Shown here: positions 10,626 to 19,387 of the stretch, piece by piece
Position numbering within the stretch: the first letter of the stretch is position 1
How the letters are laid out: each line of letters starts with the position of its first letter
Assembly: GCA_047602425.1 (NCBI GenBank)
Contig: JASGHG010000001.1
Span: 736,001-800,000 of the forward strand
Direction: 5' to 3'
DNA: 64,000 nt
Source of the DNA: Nibricoccus sp.
Lineage (GTDB): Bacteria; Verrucomicrobiota; Verrucomicrobiia; Opitutales; Opitutaceae
Notes under the pieces: model-generated
The model's database searches: none
Told to the model about the DNA's origin: nothing
What the model saw: the letters and a program-made list of their open reading frames with translations, nothing else
Position numbers and translations under genes: made by a program

Positions 10626-12425
10626 ATGAAGTCGCCTGAAGCGCAACCATCCAGCCGCCTCGCTCCGTGGGATCTTTTGCTCGATGGACGTTTCAAATCG
10701 AAACGCCCGGGCCGCACGTTGTGGGCGCTATTCTCGGGCGAGCGCCTGTCGATCGCGATCGCCGTCCTTCTCTATGTGATCAAGCAAGCGCCCGCATCAC
10801 TGCTTCCGCTCGCGGTTGGCATGATCATCGATGCGCTCACGCCGGTGAAGGACGAGTCGTTTCGCCGCATTCTTTGGATCGCCGCCGGTTATCTCGCCCT
10901 TCTCGCGCAAAATCCGATCATGCACACGCTCTTCGTGCGCGTGATGAGCCGGCTGCTGCGTCACATGCAGTTCATTTTGCGCAGCGCCCTCGTCGAGCGG
11001 TTGCAACAACTCGCCATAACCTTCTACGACACCCAACAAAGCGCCGCGCTTCAAATCAAGATCCTGCGCGACGTCGAGGCGGTCGACGGACTTTGCCGCC
11101 ACTTGATGCACAATGGCCTCAATGGCGCGCTCATCATTGTTTACGTGACTGTGATCGCGTTGATGAAACAGCCGATGCTCGCATTGTATTTTCTCGTGAC
11201 CGTGCCGGCCGGCATCGTCCTGCTTAAACTTTTCGACCGACGGTTCCAAAAGCATTATCAGGCCTTGCGCGAGGAAACGGAGCAGATGAACGCCCGCGTG
11301 AGCGATATGCTTCACATGCTGCCCGTCACGCGTGCGCATGGCCTGGAAGATTTCGAGGCGCGGGGCGTGCGGACGTTTTTCCATCGCTTGCGCAAACGCG
11401 GCCTCGAAGTCGATACGGTCACCGAACTTTTTGCCTCGATCTCGTGGGTCACGTTCAGCCTGTTCCAACTCGCGTGTTTGATCTTCTCGGCGTGGCTTGT
11501 GGTGAAAGGCAAAATCTCGGTCGGCGAAGCAGTGATGTATCACACGTATTTTGGCATGTTGATTGGTTCGGTGCAGCAAGTGTTGAGCGTTTTCCCCGCG
11601 CTGGCGCAGGGCACCGAGGCCATTCGCTCGATCGGCGAGGTGCTGGAGGCGCCGCAGCTCGAAATTCACGAAGGCAAGCCCGAGGCGCCGAATCCCCTGC
11701 GCGGCGAGATCAAATTCGAAAACGTCAGCTACACCTACTCGTATGGCCGCGAGGTGGCGTTGAGCGATATTTCACTCACCATCACGCCGGGCGAAACGGT
11801 CGCCTTTGTCGGTGAATCGGGCGCGGGCAAATCGACGCTCGTCAATCTCGCAATCGGTTTTCGCCAGCCGGCGAACGGGCGCGTGCTGCTCGATGGATTG
11901 GATCTTCGCGACATCGATCTGCGCACCTATCGCCAGCAGATTGGCGTGGTGCCGCAGTCGACGATTCTCTTCGCCGGAACGCTACGCGACAACCTCACCT
12001 ATGGGCTTGCCGGCATCGGTGACGACGCGTTGTGGACAATTTTGAAACAGGCCAACCTTGAAGCCTTCGCGCGCGAACTGCCGCAAGGCCTCAATACACC
12101 ACTCGGCGAAAGCGGCACGCGCATGTCCGGTGGGCAACGCCAACGACTCGCCATCGCCAGAGCCTTGCTCCGCAAACCGCGCCTGATCCTGCTCGACGAA
12201 GCGACCTCGGCGCTCGACACCGAGTCGGAGCGGCTTGTACAAGAGGCGCTGGTTCGGCTCACGACTGGCAGAACAACGCTGATCGTCGCCCATCGTTTTT
12301 CCACAATCCGGCACGCGCACAGAATCGTGGTATTAAGCCAAGGCCGCATCGTCGAAATCGGCACACACGAAGAGTTGCTGGCGATGAAAGGCCACTTTTA
12401 CCGTCTGGCGAAACTGCAAACCTAG
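10626..12425 (+). CDS. ABC exporter, fused permease/ATP-binding half-transporter
   Basis: N-terminal TM region, Walker A GESGAGKS, signature MSGGQRQ, Walker B ILLDEATSALD, H-loop VAHR. Confidence 0.92.
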   Translation: MKSPEAQPSSRLAPWDLLLDGRFKSKRPGRTLWALFSGERLSIAIAVLLYVIKQAPASLLPLAVGMIIDALTPVKDESFRRILWIAAGYLALLAQNPIMHTLFVRVMSRLLRHMQFILRSALVERLQQLAITFYDTQQSAALQIKILRDVEAVDGLCRHLMHNGLNGALIIVYVTVIALMKQPMLALYFLVTVPAGIVLLKLFDRRFQKHYQALREETEQMNARVSDMLHMLPVTRAHGLEDFEARGVRTFFHRLRKRGLEVDTVTELFASISWVTFSLFQLACLIFSAWLVVKGKISVGEAVMYHTYFGMLIGSVQQVLSVFPALAQGTEAIRSIGEVLEAPQLEIHEGKPEAPNPLRGEIKFENVSYTYSYGREVALSDISLTITPGETVAFVGESGAGKSTLVNLAIGFRQPANGRVLLDGLDLRDIDLRTYRQQIGVVPQSTILFAGTLRDNLTYGLAGIGDDALWTILKQANLEAFARELPQGLNTPLGESGTRMSGGQRQRLAIARALLRKPRLILLDEATSALDTESERLVQEALVRLTTGRTTLIVAHRFSTIRHAHRIVVLSQGRIVEIGTHEELLAMKGHFYRLAKLQT

Positions 12426-12578
12426 CAGGAGATCGCAGCGGGTGCGTCCCCGTATCCAACAACCGTAACAAAGAATATCGACAAATGGCGGTTGGCCGAC
12501 ATTCCTTAAGTCCGGCCTAGAGGAAAACCCAGCTGGAGATAGCACCTTCGCTCGACGCCCGACTTACAAAGTAAACCC

Positions 12579-13031
12579 GTGAAAATCGCCCTGCTTATAC
12601 TCGTCGCATGCCTGATTGGAATGAGCTACCACTGTCAGCAAAAGGTTCATGCCCGAAAAGTCGTCGCCAATGCCAAACCTGATGCCTGCGGTTTTATCCC
12701 TCTGCCGCCACCGAACGATGACGACCCACACAAGGTAATCATTTGGAGTCCTTTAAACTGCCCGAGCGAGGCAGGGAGAAAATCAGACGCTCTCGCTGAA
12801 GCGCTAAAGAAAGCTGGAATTCCCTGCGTCCAAATAGCCCAAGTTTCCTTCCCCGGTATGAACAGCGACCAACTCGTCATCATCGACAAAGTATTCACTT
12901 GGGAGAATCCTATCGTGTTCGTTAACATGCGGGTCAAAAGCAGACCAACCATAGACGAAACCATTGCGGAGTATCGACAGATTTCCAAAGCGTCTTCCGC
13001 AAATCTCACAAAAAAACCCAAAATCTACTGA
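12579..13031 (+). CDS. Hypothetical exported/membrane-anchored protein, possibly thioredoxin/glutaredoxin-like fold
   Basis: GTG start, N-terminal hydrophobic segment, VIIWSPLNCPS strand-loop-helix and later NPIVFVN. Confidence 0.6.
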   Translation: MKIALLILVACLIGMSYHCQQKVHARKVVANAKPDACGFIPLPPPNDDDPHKVIIWSPLNCPSEAGRKSDALAEALKKAGIPCVQIAQVSFPGMNSDQLVIIDKVFTWENPIVFVNMRVKSRPTIDETIAEYRQISKASSANLTKKPKIY

Positions 13032-13071
13032 GGCTGAACAGGACATCTGCCACTGGCGCCGGGCGTAGAGA

Positions 13072-14673
13072 TTACAGCTGGTTCTCCACCCAGGGGATCA
13101 GCGAGTAGAGAAAGGACTTTGTGCGCTGCCACCATGAAGTGGCGTGCTCGAAATAAATCGTCACGGGGCGGCCGTCCTGCTCGCCGGTCCAGGAGAGAAA
13201 CCTTTCCTCGCGCCAATTGCCGCGGTCAGGGCGGTATTCCCAGGTTTTATGCAGATTCACGCGCCAGCTGCGGCGGGGTGAAAAATCTTCGTCGAGATAT
13301 TCCACCATTTGCGCGGCGAGTTTTTTGCTCCGCACAAGGACGGCGATCTCGGTGTTGAGACTGACGGAGCGGGGATCGAGGTTGGCGCTGCCGATATAGA
13401 CGCGCTCGCGGTCGAAGACATTCACCTTGGAATGAAGCGACGAAAGCGAGGAACGCGGACGATACCACCGGCGCTCGCTGCGCGTGAGGGCGGCTTGCGC
13501 CTTGTATTCGTAGAGTTCGATGCCGAGATCGAGCAGGTTGTAGCGATAACGTTTGTAGGCGGCGTAGACCAGCGAAACGTCCGTCGCGGGCAGGCCCGAT
13601 GTAATCACCTTCACCTTCACTCCGCGTTCGCGCAACCGAGCGAGTTGCAAGCCCAACTCCTCCGTAGGTACAAGGTAGGCGGACTCGATGAGCAATTCCT
13701 CCCGCGTGTTCTCGAATTCCTGGGCGAGCCGTTGCGAGACCTGGGTTGTTTCGTGGCTGGCCTTTTGAATTTTACGCGGAGGCTCACAAATGATTTCTCC
13801 CTCCGCCCAGACGAGTTGGTTTTGCGTGAGCAGACCCTCGAGGTAGTTGTGCCAGCGCTCGTCGTTTTCCGATTCGAAGGCGTCGATCGTGAGGACGCGC
13901 TCCGCTAATTGCACCTTCAGGCGTTGGAGGTCTTCGGAGTTCGCGGGCCGTCGCACAAAGCGCGAGGCCGGCACGGACCATTGGCTGTTCCAATATTCGT
14001 CGAAGGCATGTGAAGCGTCGCTGGTGAGCGGACCGGCCACAAGGAGATCGAAGTCGCGAAAATTGCTCTCTGAATCGAGGCTGAAATAGTTGTTTCCGAT
14101 GTTTCGGCCGCCAATGATCGAGACGGCGTTGTCGACGATGAAAATCTTGTTGTGCATGCGCCGAACCATGCGATCGAAGTCAAAAGCGTACTGCGGCAGA
14201 CGGGCCCAGCGGGCGCGAAAACGAAAGGGATTGAAAACGCGGACCTGAATGTTCGGATGCGCGCAGAGCGTGGCCATCTCACGGTCATCGCTGAGATTGT
14301 TGTCGTCGAGCAGCAGGCGCACGCGCACACCGCGATCGGCCGCAGCGATGAGCCTTTGGAAAAAATAAGAGCCCGAAGCATCGGGGTCGCAAATGTAGTA
14401 CTGCGCGTCGATCGTGCGCTCCGCGACGTCCGCCAGCGCAGTGCGCGCGACGAGGGCTTCGCGGCCGTATTCGAGAAGCTTGAAGCCAGACTGGCCGGGA
14501 TGCGCCTGTACATGCGGCAGAAGCATGCGGCCGAGTTTGGTCGTGTCCGCCTGCTCCAAGGCCCGGGATTTTTCCGCCGCCAGATGCGGCCGGATTGAAA
14601 CACAACCAACACCAAGGCACGCGACCGCCCCTAGCAAAAAAAGCCGGAGGAACGCTGTGCGTTGGTTCGCCAT
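13072..14673 (-). CDS. Phospholipase D family protein, ClsC/YmdC-like cardiolipin synthase, probable lipoprotein
   Basis: Two HKD motifs (RRMHNKIFIVD...GGRN; SLHSKVNVFD...GSANLDPRS...NTE) and an N-terminal signal ending LGVGC. Confidence 0.88.
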   Translation of the reverse strand: MANQRTAFLRLFLLGAVACLGVGCVSIRPHLAAEKSRALEQADTTKLGRMLLPHVQAHPGQSGFKLLEYGREALVARTALADVAERTIDAQYYICDPDASGSYFFQRLIAAADRGVRVRLLLDDNNLSDDREMATLCAHPNIQVRVFNPFRFRARWARLPQYAFDFDRMVRRMHNKIFIVDNAVSIIGGRNIGNNYFSLDSESNFRDFDLLVAGPLTSDASHAFDEYWNSQWSVPASRFVRRPANSEDLQRLKVQLAERVLTIDAFESENDERWHNYLEGLLTQNQLVWAEGEIICEPPRKIQKASHETTQVSQRLAQEFENTREELLIESAYLVPTEELGLQLARLRERGVKVKVITSGLPATDVSLVYAAYKRYRYNLLDLGIELYEYKAQAALTRSERRWYRPRSSLSSLHSKVNVFDRERVYIGSANLDPRSVSLNTEIAVLVRSKKLAAQMVEYLDEDFSPRRSWRVNLHKTWEYRPDRGNWREERFLSWTGEQDGRPVTIYFEHATSWWQRTKSFLYSLIPWVENQL

Positions 14674-14796
14674 GAAAGGCAGTCACAACAAAGCTGCGCG
14701 TGCCAATTGGCAAGGCCCGGCACACGGCGAATCCCTTCGCGGCCTCAAAACACCGTTTGCGCTACGCACAGAATGTATTGTAGATTTTTCATCAAC

Positions 14797-16440
14797 GTGC
14801 CCCCCACACCTCCAAGCCGCAGTTCGCAATCTCAGTCTGCAAATGCCTTTCCGGCCTCGCAGGCGCTGAATGCCAATGCTCCGCTGTTCTTCCAACGGCT
14901 GATGCAGAGCCTGCCCGACCGCATTTATTTTAAGGATACGGAAGGCCGTTTTCTCGCCATCAGCCACGCCCACGCCGCATCGCTCGGCCTCAGCAGCCCG
15001 GATCAGGCCATCGGCAAAACGGATTTCGATTTCTTCGAAAAAGCCCTTGCCCGCCAAAAATTCGCGGATGAGCGCGACATCATCCGCACTGGTATGGGTT
15101 TTTTCGGCAAAGAAGAACGCGCCCGTTCCAGCACTGGGAAAACACGCTGGGTCATGACCTCCAAACAACCACTGCTTGGAGACAATGGTGAGATCATCGG
15201 CACTTTTGGAATCTCTCGGGATATTACAGACATGAGGCTGGCCCGCGAGGCACTTGAAGCCCACCACCGACTCCTCGAAACCCTCATCGATATTCTTCCG
15301 TGTCGGATTTTCATCAAGGACGACGAAGGCCGCATCCGCCTCACCAATGCCGCTTATCGGGAAGCGCTCGGCATAAAAAACCCGGCGGACATCGAAGGTC
15401 GCAGGCTCGATGAACTCATCAACGATCCGCGGTCCGGAACGGTCGTCGCCGACGACGAATCCGTACTCGAACACGGCGTCTCCATTCTGAATCGCGAAGA
15501 ATACGACACCAGTCCACTGGGGCGAAATCGCTGGATGCTGCTTTCCAAGGTGCCGCTCCGCGATGCAGACGGACAAATCCAAGGCATCGTCGGCATGTCG
15601 GCCGACATCACGGCGCAAAAAGATGCCGAAGCCCGCGCCCTCGCTGTCCAGCGCGAACTCGAAGCCAAAAATCAACAGATGGAATCTGAGCTCGCGGTCG
15701 CTCGAGAACTTCAGACCGAGCTCATGTCCTCCAGCATGCAAAGTGTGCGCGAAGAGCTGGAGACCACCGCTCCGTTCATCCCGAGCATCGGCTTCCACTA
15801 CGAGCCCTGCGAATACCTCGCGGGCGACTTTTTTCAGGCCATCCCCTACTCGCGAAAAAGTTTCGGTCTGCTTCTGTGCGATGTGATGGGCCATGGCGTA
15901 AAAGCGGCCCTTGTAACCACGCTTATTCGCGGTCTGCTGAGCGACGTTCGCAGCAAACAACTTCAACCCGCCCAAGTGCTCGAACAGCTCAACGAACGAC
16001 TTTGTCCCCTGCTCGACCGACCGCCGCTGCCCCGCTTCGTGACCGCGTTGTACGCACGAGTCGACCTTGCCAGCGGCACCATCGATATCGCGAGCGGCGG
16101 TCACCCGTGGCCGCTTCTCTTGCGCCAGCAGGTAGGTGCCGTGCCGCTCACCAGCGAGCAATGTGGTCCAGCTTTAGGGTTCGTTCGCGGCGCGACTTAT
16201 ACTGCAGTCACGCACACCCTGACCCGCGGCGACCGGCTCTTCCTGTTCACCGACGGCTGGATCGAAGAGCACAATGCCTCAGGCGAAGAGTTCGGCACGA
16301 CGCGCCTGACGGAAGCCCTGGCCAAGACCCACGATCTGCCTGCGGAAAAAGTACTGGCGCGACTCGCAACTGAAATCGCAGCGTTCTCAGGCCGTTCGCA
16401 ACGCGACGACGATCTTTGCGGTGTATTGTTGGGAGTTTGA
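14797..16440 (+). CDS. PAS-PAS-coiled coil-SpoIIE/PP2C protein phosphatase (RsbU/RsbP-like)
   Basis: Two PAS/PAC repeats (LPDRIYFKD...GISRDIT; LPCRIFIKD...GMSADIT), LAGDFF, CDVMGHG, FTDG, DDD. Start uncertain (GTG 14797 or ATG 14902). Confidence 0.88.
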   Translation: MPPTPPSRSSQSQSANAFPASQALNANAPLFFQRLMQSLPDRIYFKDTEGRFLAISHAHAASLGLSSPDQAIGKTDFDFFEKALARQKFADERDIIRTGMGFFGKEERARSSTGKTRWVMTSKQPLLGDNGEIIGTFGISRDITDMRLAREALEAHHRLLETLIDILPCRIFIKDDEGRIRLTNAAYREALGIKNPADIEGRRLDELINDPRSGTVVADDESVLEHGVSILNREEYDTSPLGRNRWMLLSKVPLRDADGQIQGIVGMSADITAQKDAEARALAVQRELEAKNQQMESELAVARELQTELMSSSMQSVREELETTAPFIPSIGFHYEPCEYLAGDFFQAIPYSRKSFGLLLCDVMGHGVKAALVTTLIRGLLSDVRSKQLQPAQVLEQLNERLCPLLDRPPLPRFVTALYARVDLASGTIDIASGGHPWPLLLRQQVGAVPLTSEQCGPALGFVRGATYTAVTHTLTRGDRLFLFTDGWIEEHNASGEEFGTTRLTEALAKTHDLPAEKVLARLATEIAAFSGRSQRDDDLCGVLLGV

Positions 16441-16486
16441 CCTCGAACTCACGCGTTTCAACGCCGCGTTTCCGCCGCTCAAGCCG

Positions 16487-17356
16487 TCACTTCGACTTGT
16501 CGATTTTAGCAAGTTCGGCACGGGCCAACTGAAACTCGGGGAAAGTATGCAACTGGGTCGCCACACAACGCTCAAAATGCGCGCGGGCCGCGGCCTTGTC
16601 GCCCTTGGCCAGACGGACGGCGCCTGCATAATAAGCGCCTTCGCACTTTTGCTCGCGTACGGCTTTTGGAGTTCCTTGGGCGGCGAGTTCCATCAAGCCG
16701 TCCTCGGTGAGTTCGCCCGCTAGAAACCGGCCGACGGATTTTTTCCAGCCATCCTTCCAGCCAGCGACAGCGTTTTTAAACTCGGCATCGGCGGCTCCCG
16801 GCTTCTGCGGCAAACCAAGCAACAGAAGATAAAATCTCTGGTACGCGGCGTCGTCGGTCGCGAGCGCGACCGCCTGTTGGAAATCCGCGCGGGCGCCCTC
16901 AACGTCGCCCTTCTGAAGTTTGACGCAACCGCGGTTCCGGTAGACCACGGCATTTTTTTGATCGAGCGAAATAGCTTTGGTGTAGTCGTCGATCGCACCG
17001 GCAAGGTCTCCTTGGTCGACGCGGGCCACGGCGCGGTTGATGTACGGAACCCGGCGCGAGGGATCGAGAGCGATGGCTTGCGTAAAGTCGGCGATGGCAT
17101 CCTCCAGTGCGCCGATGTTGACGCGGGCGTTGCCGCGGGCGGCATAGGCGGAAGGATTTTTTGCGTCGAGCTCGATGGCTTTCGAAAACTCGATGATGGC
17201 GGCTTCGAAGTCTCCCTGTTTCGCCCGCGCTTGGCCGTTTTCGTAATAGGTCTTGCCCGGAGAAGCGGTCTTTTCCTGACCGTGCACGACCACGGTCGAC
17301 CACAAAAACAGAACAGAAGAAATGAATGTGCCTATGATTCTACACGTCCACGCCAT
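16487..17356 (-). CDS. Exported tetratricopeptide repeat protein with NlpI-like C-terminus
   Basis: Signal peptide, about four 34-aa TPRs (AIIEFSKAIELD/AIADFTQAIALD/AIDDYTKAISLD), C-terminal CEGAYYAG...PEFQLARAEL. Confidence 0.85.
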   Translation of the reverse strand: MAWTCRIIGTFISSVLFLWSTVVVHGQEKTASPGKTYYENGQARAKQGDFEAAIIEFSKAIELDAKNPSAYAARGNARVNIGALEDAIADFTQAIALDPSRRVPYINRAVARVDQGDLAGAIDDYTKAISLDQKNAVVYRNRGCVKLQKGDVEGARADFQQAVALATDDAAYQRFYLLLLGLPQKPGAADAEFKNAVAGWKDGWKKSVGRFLAGELTEDGLMELAAQGTPKAVREQKCEGAYYAGAVRLAKGDKAAARAHFERCVATQLHTFPEFQLARAELAKIDKSK

Positions 17357-17503
17357 GGTCGAAACAGATGATGATTAGAAACTCCCGTTACCTAACTACC
17401 GCAGAGCTGTAGTGGTCTCCCCCCGCCCCGTCGAGAGCAATCCCACAACCTTCTGCCGGCTGGGTGGGTTATAAAGGGAGTTTTAAAACCTTTTGACCAG
17501 TTT

Positions 17504-18136
17504 CTACCCCCGCAAGGGCTGGAGCGCGGGCGCACCTGACCGCTCCGGGTGCAGGTATATCGAAAGCATCTTGCGCAATTTCACGCGGGCCCGCACCAGT
17601 CGCGATTCCACGCCTTTTTCCGAGCAGCCGACAATTTCCGCGATCTCCCGATAGGAAAGATCTTCGTACTCGTAGAGGAGAAGCGCTGTGCGAAGTTCAT
17701 GGGGGAGTTCGGCGATGGCGGCCTTAAGCGCATCGACATGCTCGGCATGTTGCGCGTCGTGGTCGGGGCCACGGGCTGGGGAAACAAGATAGTCCTGCCG
17801 GGTGGTCGAAACCTCGTTATCGGTGGACGCCGGCTCGTCGAGCGAAACGGTGGGATGCCGTCCCTGCCAGCGGCGGTGGTTGCGACATAGATTGGCCGCA
17901 ATGGTGAAAGCCCACGTGGAAAAACTCGTGCCCGGCCGGAAGCGTTCGCGATGCAGATAGACACGCACAAAAGTTTCTTGCACGAGATCGCGCGCAATCG
18001 CCTCGTTCTGCACGTAACGATAAACGAAACGAAGCAGCGGCGCTTCCCACAAAGTCATCAACTCGTTGAGTGCGGTTTGTCGCCCGCCCACCAAGGCTTG
18101 CATGAGATCGGCGCTTGTATCGTCGTGGGGCCGCAT
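17504..18136 (-). CDS. ECF RNA polymerase sigma-70 factor
   Basis: Region 2 DLVQETFVRVY...FSTWAFTIAANLCRN and region 4 LSYREIAEIVGCSEKGVESRLVRAR. Confidence 0.92.
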   Translation of the reverse strand: MRPHDDTSADLMQALVGGRQTALNELMTLWEAPLLRFVYRYVQNEAIARDLVQETFVRVYLHRERFRPGTSFSTWAFTIAANLCRNHRRWQGRHPTVSLDEPASTDNEVSTTRQDYLVSPARGPDHDAQHAEHVDALKAAIAELPHELRTALLLYEYEDLSYREIAEIVGCSEKGVESRLVRARVKLRKMLSIYLHPERSGAPALQPLRG

Positions 18137-18145
18137 GGCTGGACG

Positions 18146-18544
18146 CTACCTTGGGACTTCGGGAGACTGGGTCTGCGGCGGCTTCTGTTGTTTGCGCGCC
18201 TCCAATAATTTCGCGTAGGCCTCGCGCTGCGGCGGCGTGAGCTCCGCGCAAACGGCCTCGATAAGTTTTGCGGTCGATTCGCCGCAAGCCTGCTTGAGCG
18301 CGGCTTTGCGGGCCGGGTCATCGCAGGTCTTTGTCTGCGCGCCGAGGCCGTTCATCGACGGGCAATGCTTCAAGTGGATGGCGCGGATCCGGTCAGCCTG
18401 CTCCGGTGTGAGAGCGAGCTTGTGGCTGAGCCATTTGATCTCGCAATCGAACCGCTTGTTTTCCGGACACGTGCGGAGAAAAACCGCATAAGCAACGCCA
18501 GCGGTCACACAGGCGAGAAGGAGGGCGATAAAAATGCGCTTCAT
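18146..18544 (-). CDS. Periplasmic heavy-metal-sensor-like protein (CnrX/ZraP/CpxP-type helical fold), Cys-rich
   Basis: N-terminal anchor, two LTPxQ motifs (LALTPEQ, ELTPPQR) typical of the CpxP/Spy/CnrX family, six Cys after the anchor, directly upstream of the ECF sigma. Confidence 0.7.
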   Translation of the reverse strand: MKRIFIALLLACVTAGVAYAVFLRTCPENKRFDCEIKWLSHKLALTPEQADRIRAIHLKHCPSMNGLGAQTKTCDDPARKAALKQACGESTAKLIEAVCAELTPPQREAYAKLLEARKQQKPPQTQSPEVPR

Positions 18545-18564
18545 TACAAAACCCTCGCGGAGGG

Positions 18565-18885
18565 TCAGCGGTTGCTCGTGTCGAGCATGCTCAGGTAACG
18601 CGCCGACATTTCAGAGTCGATCTGGTACGCATCATATTTCGCACGCAATTCTCCAACACCAATGCCTACCAGCAAACCCGCAGCCACCACCACCGCAATG
18701 GCGCGAGGCCGGGCAAAACTGGCATCAAGATCATAAATCGCCATCACCAACCGGCTGAACCATCCCGCCTTTCCTCCGCCGGCCTCGATGCGCTGCCATA
18801 CCGCGCCGGCCAGGCGGCCCGTCGGCGCAGGCACCTCGTTCCAGCTTTGGAGCAGAGGTTTAAGATTGTCGTGATTGGCGTTCAT
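18565..18885 (-). CDS. Putative small single-TM anti-sigma factor (CnrY-like)
   Basis: 106 aa, N-terminal LKPLLQSW...VWQRI motif, one TM segment (AIAVVVAAGLLVGIGVG), short C-terminal tail, first gene of the anti-sigma/sensor/sigma trio. Confidence 0.65.
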   Translation of the reverse strand: MNANHDNLKPLLQSWNEVPAPTGRLAGAVWQRIEAGGGKAGWFSRLVMAIYDLDASFARPRAIAVVVAAGLLVGIGVGELRAKYDAYQIDSEMSARYLSMLDTSNR

Positions 18886-18984
18886 CAAAAACAGGAACAT
18901 CGAAGTGCCCCCGGCGGATTATTCCCCTTGCACGGGCGCCCTTGCGACTCGCGCAAGAGCAGCCCGGCAAAAGGGAGTCTTGGA

Positions 18985-19185
18985 TTACTTCTTGGTTTCA
19001 GCGGAGCCCTTGTCTTTTTCCTTTTCGCAGGAGCCCTTGTCTTTGTCACAAGAACTCTTGTCCTTCGGGCACACACATGCGGCGTTTTTGTCAGCGCCGG
19101 AACATTTCTTGCAGGCTTCGCCCGCAAAAACGGACGAGAGACCGAGGACGGACATGGCAGTCAGAGCGAGGAGGAGTTTTTTCAT
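18985..19185 (-). CDS. Small secreted Cys/Lys-rich peptide
   Basis: MKKLLLALTAMSVLGLSSVFA signal peptide followed by GEACKKCSGADKNAACVCPKDKSSCDKDKGSCEKEKDKGSAETKK (6 Cys in 45 aa). Confidence 0.75.
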   Translation of the reverse strand: MKKLLLALTAMSVLGLSSVFAGEACKKCSGADKNAACVCPKDKSSCDKDKGSCEKEKDKGSAETKK

Positions 19186-19387
19186 GGTATCTATTTGTTT
19201 TGGGATGCAGTGCGCGAAGTGCGCACCAGTCATCACAGCATAACCCAAACCTGGGAAAAATCCCTCTTTTTTATCGCTAAAAGCTGCGCGCACCAAAGCG
19301 CTTTTCCTCTGCGGTGACGAATCCCTGCAAATTCACGCAACAATCGACTAACAAACCCGTCACATAACATTCGCTCTTCACAACCAA

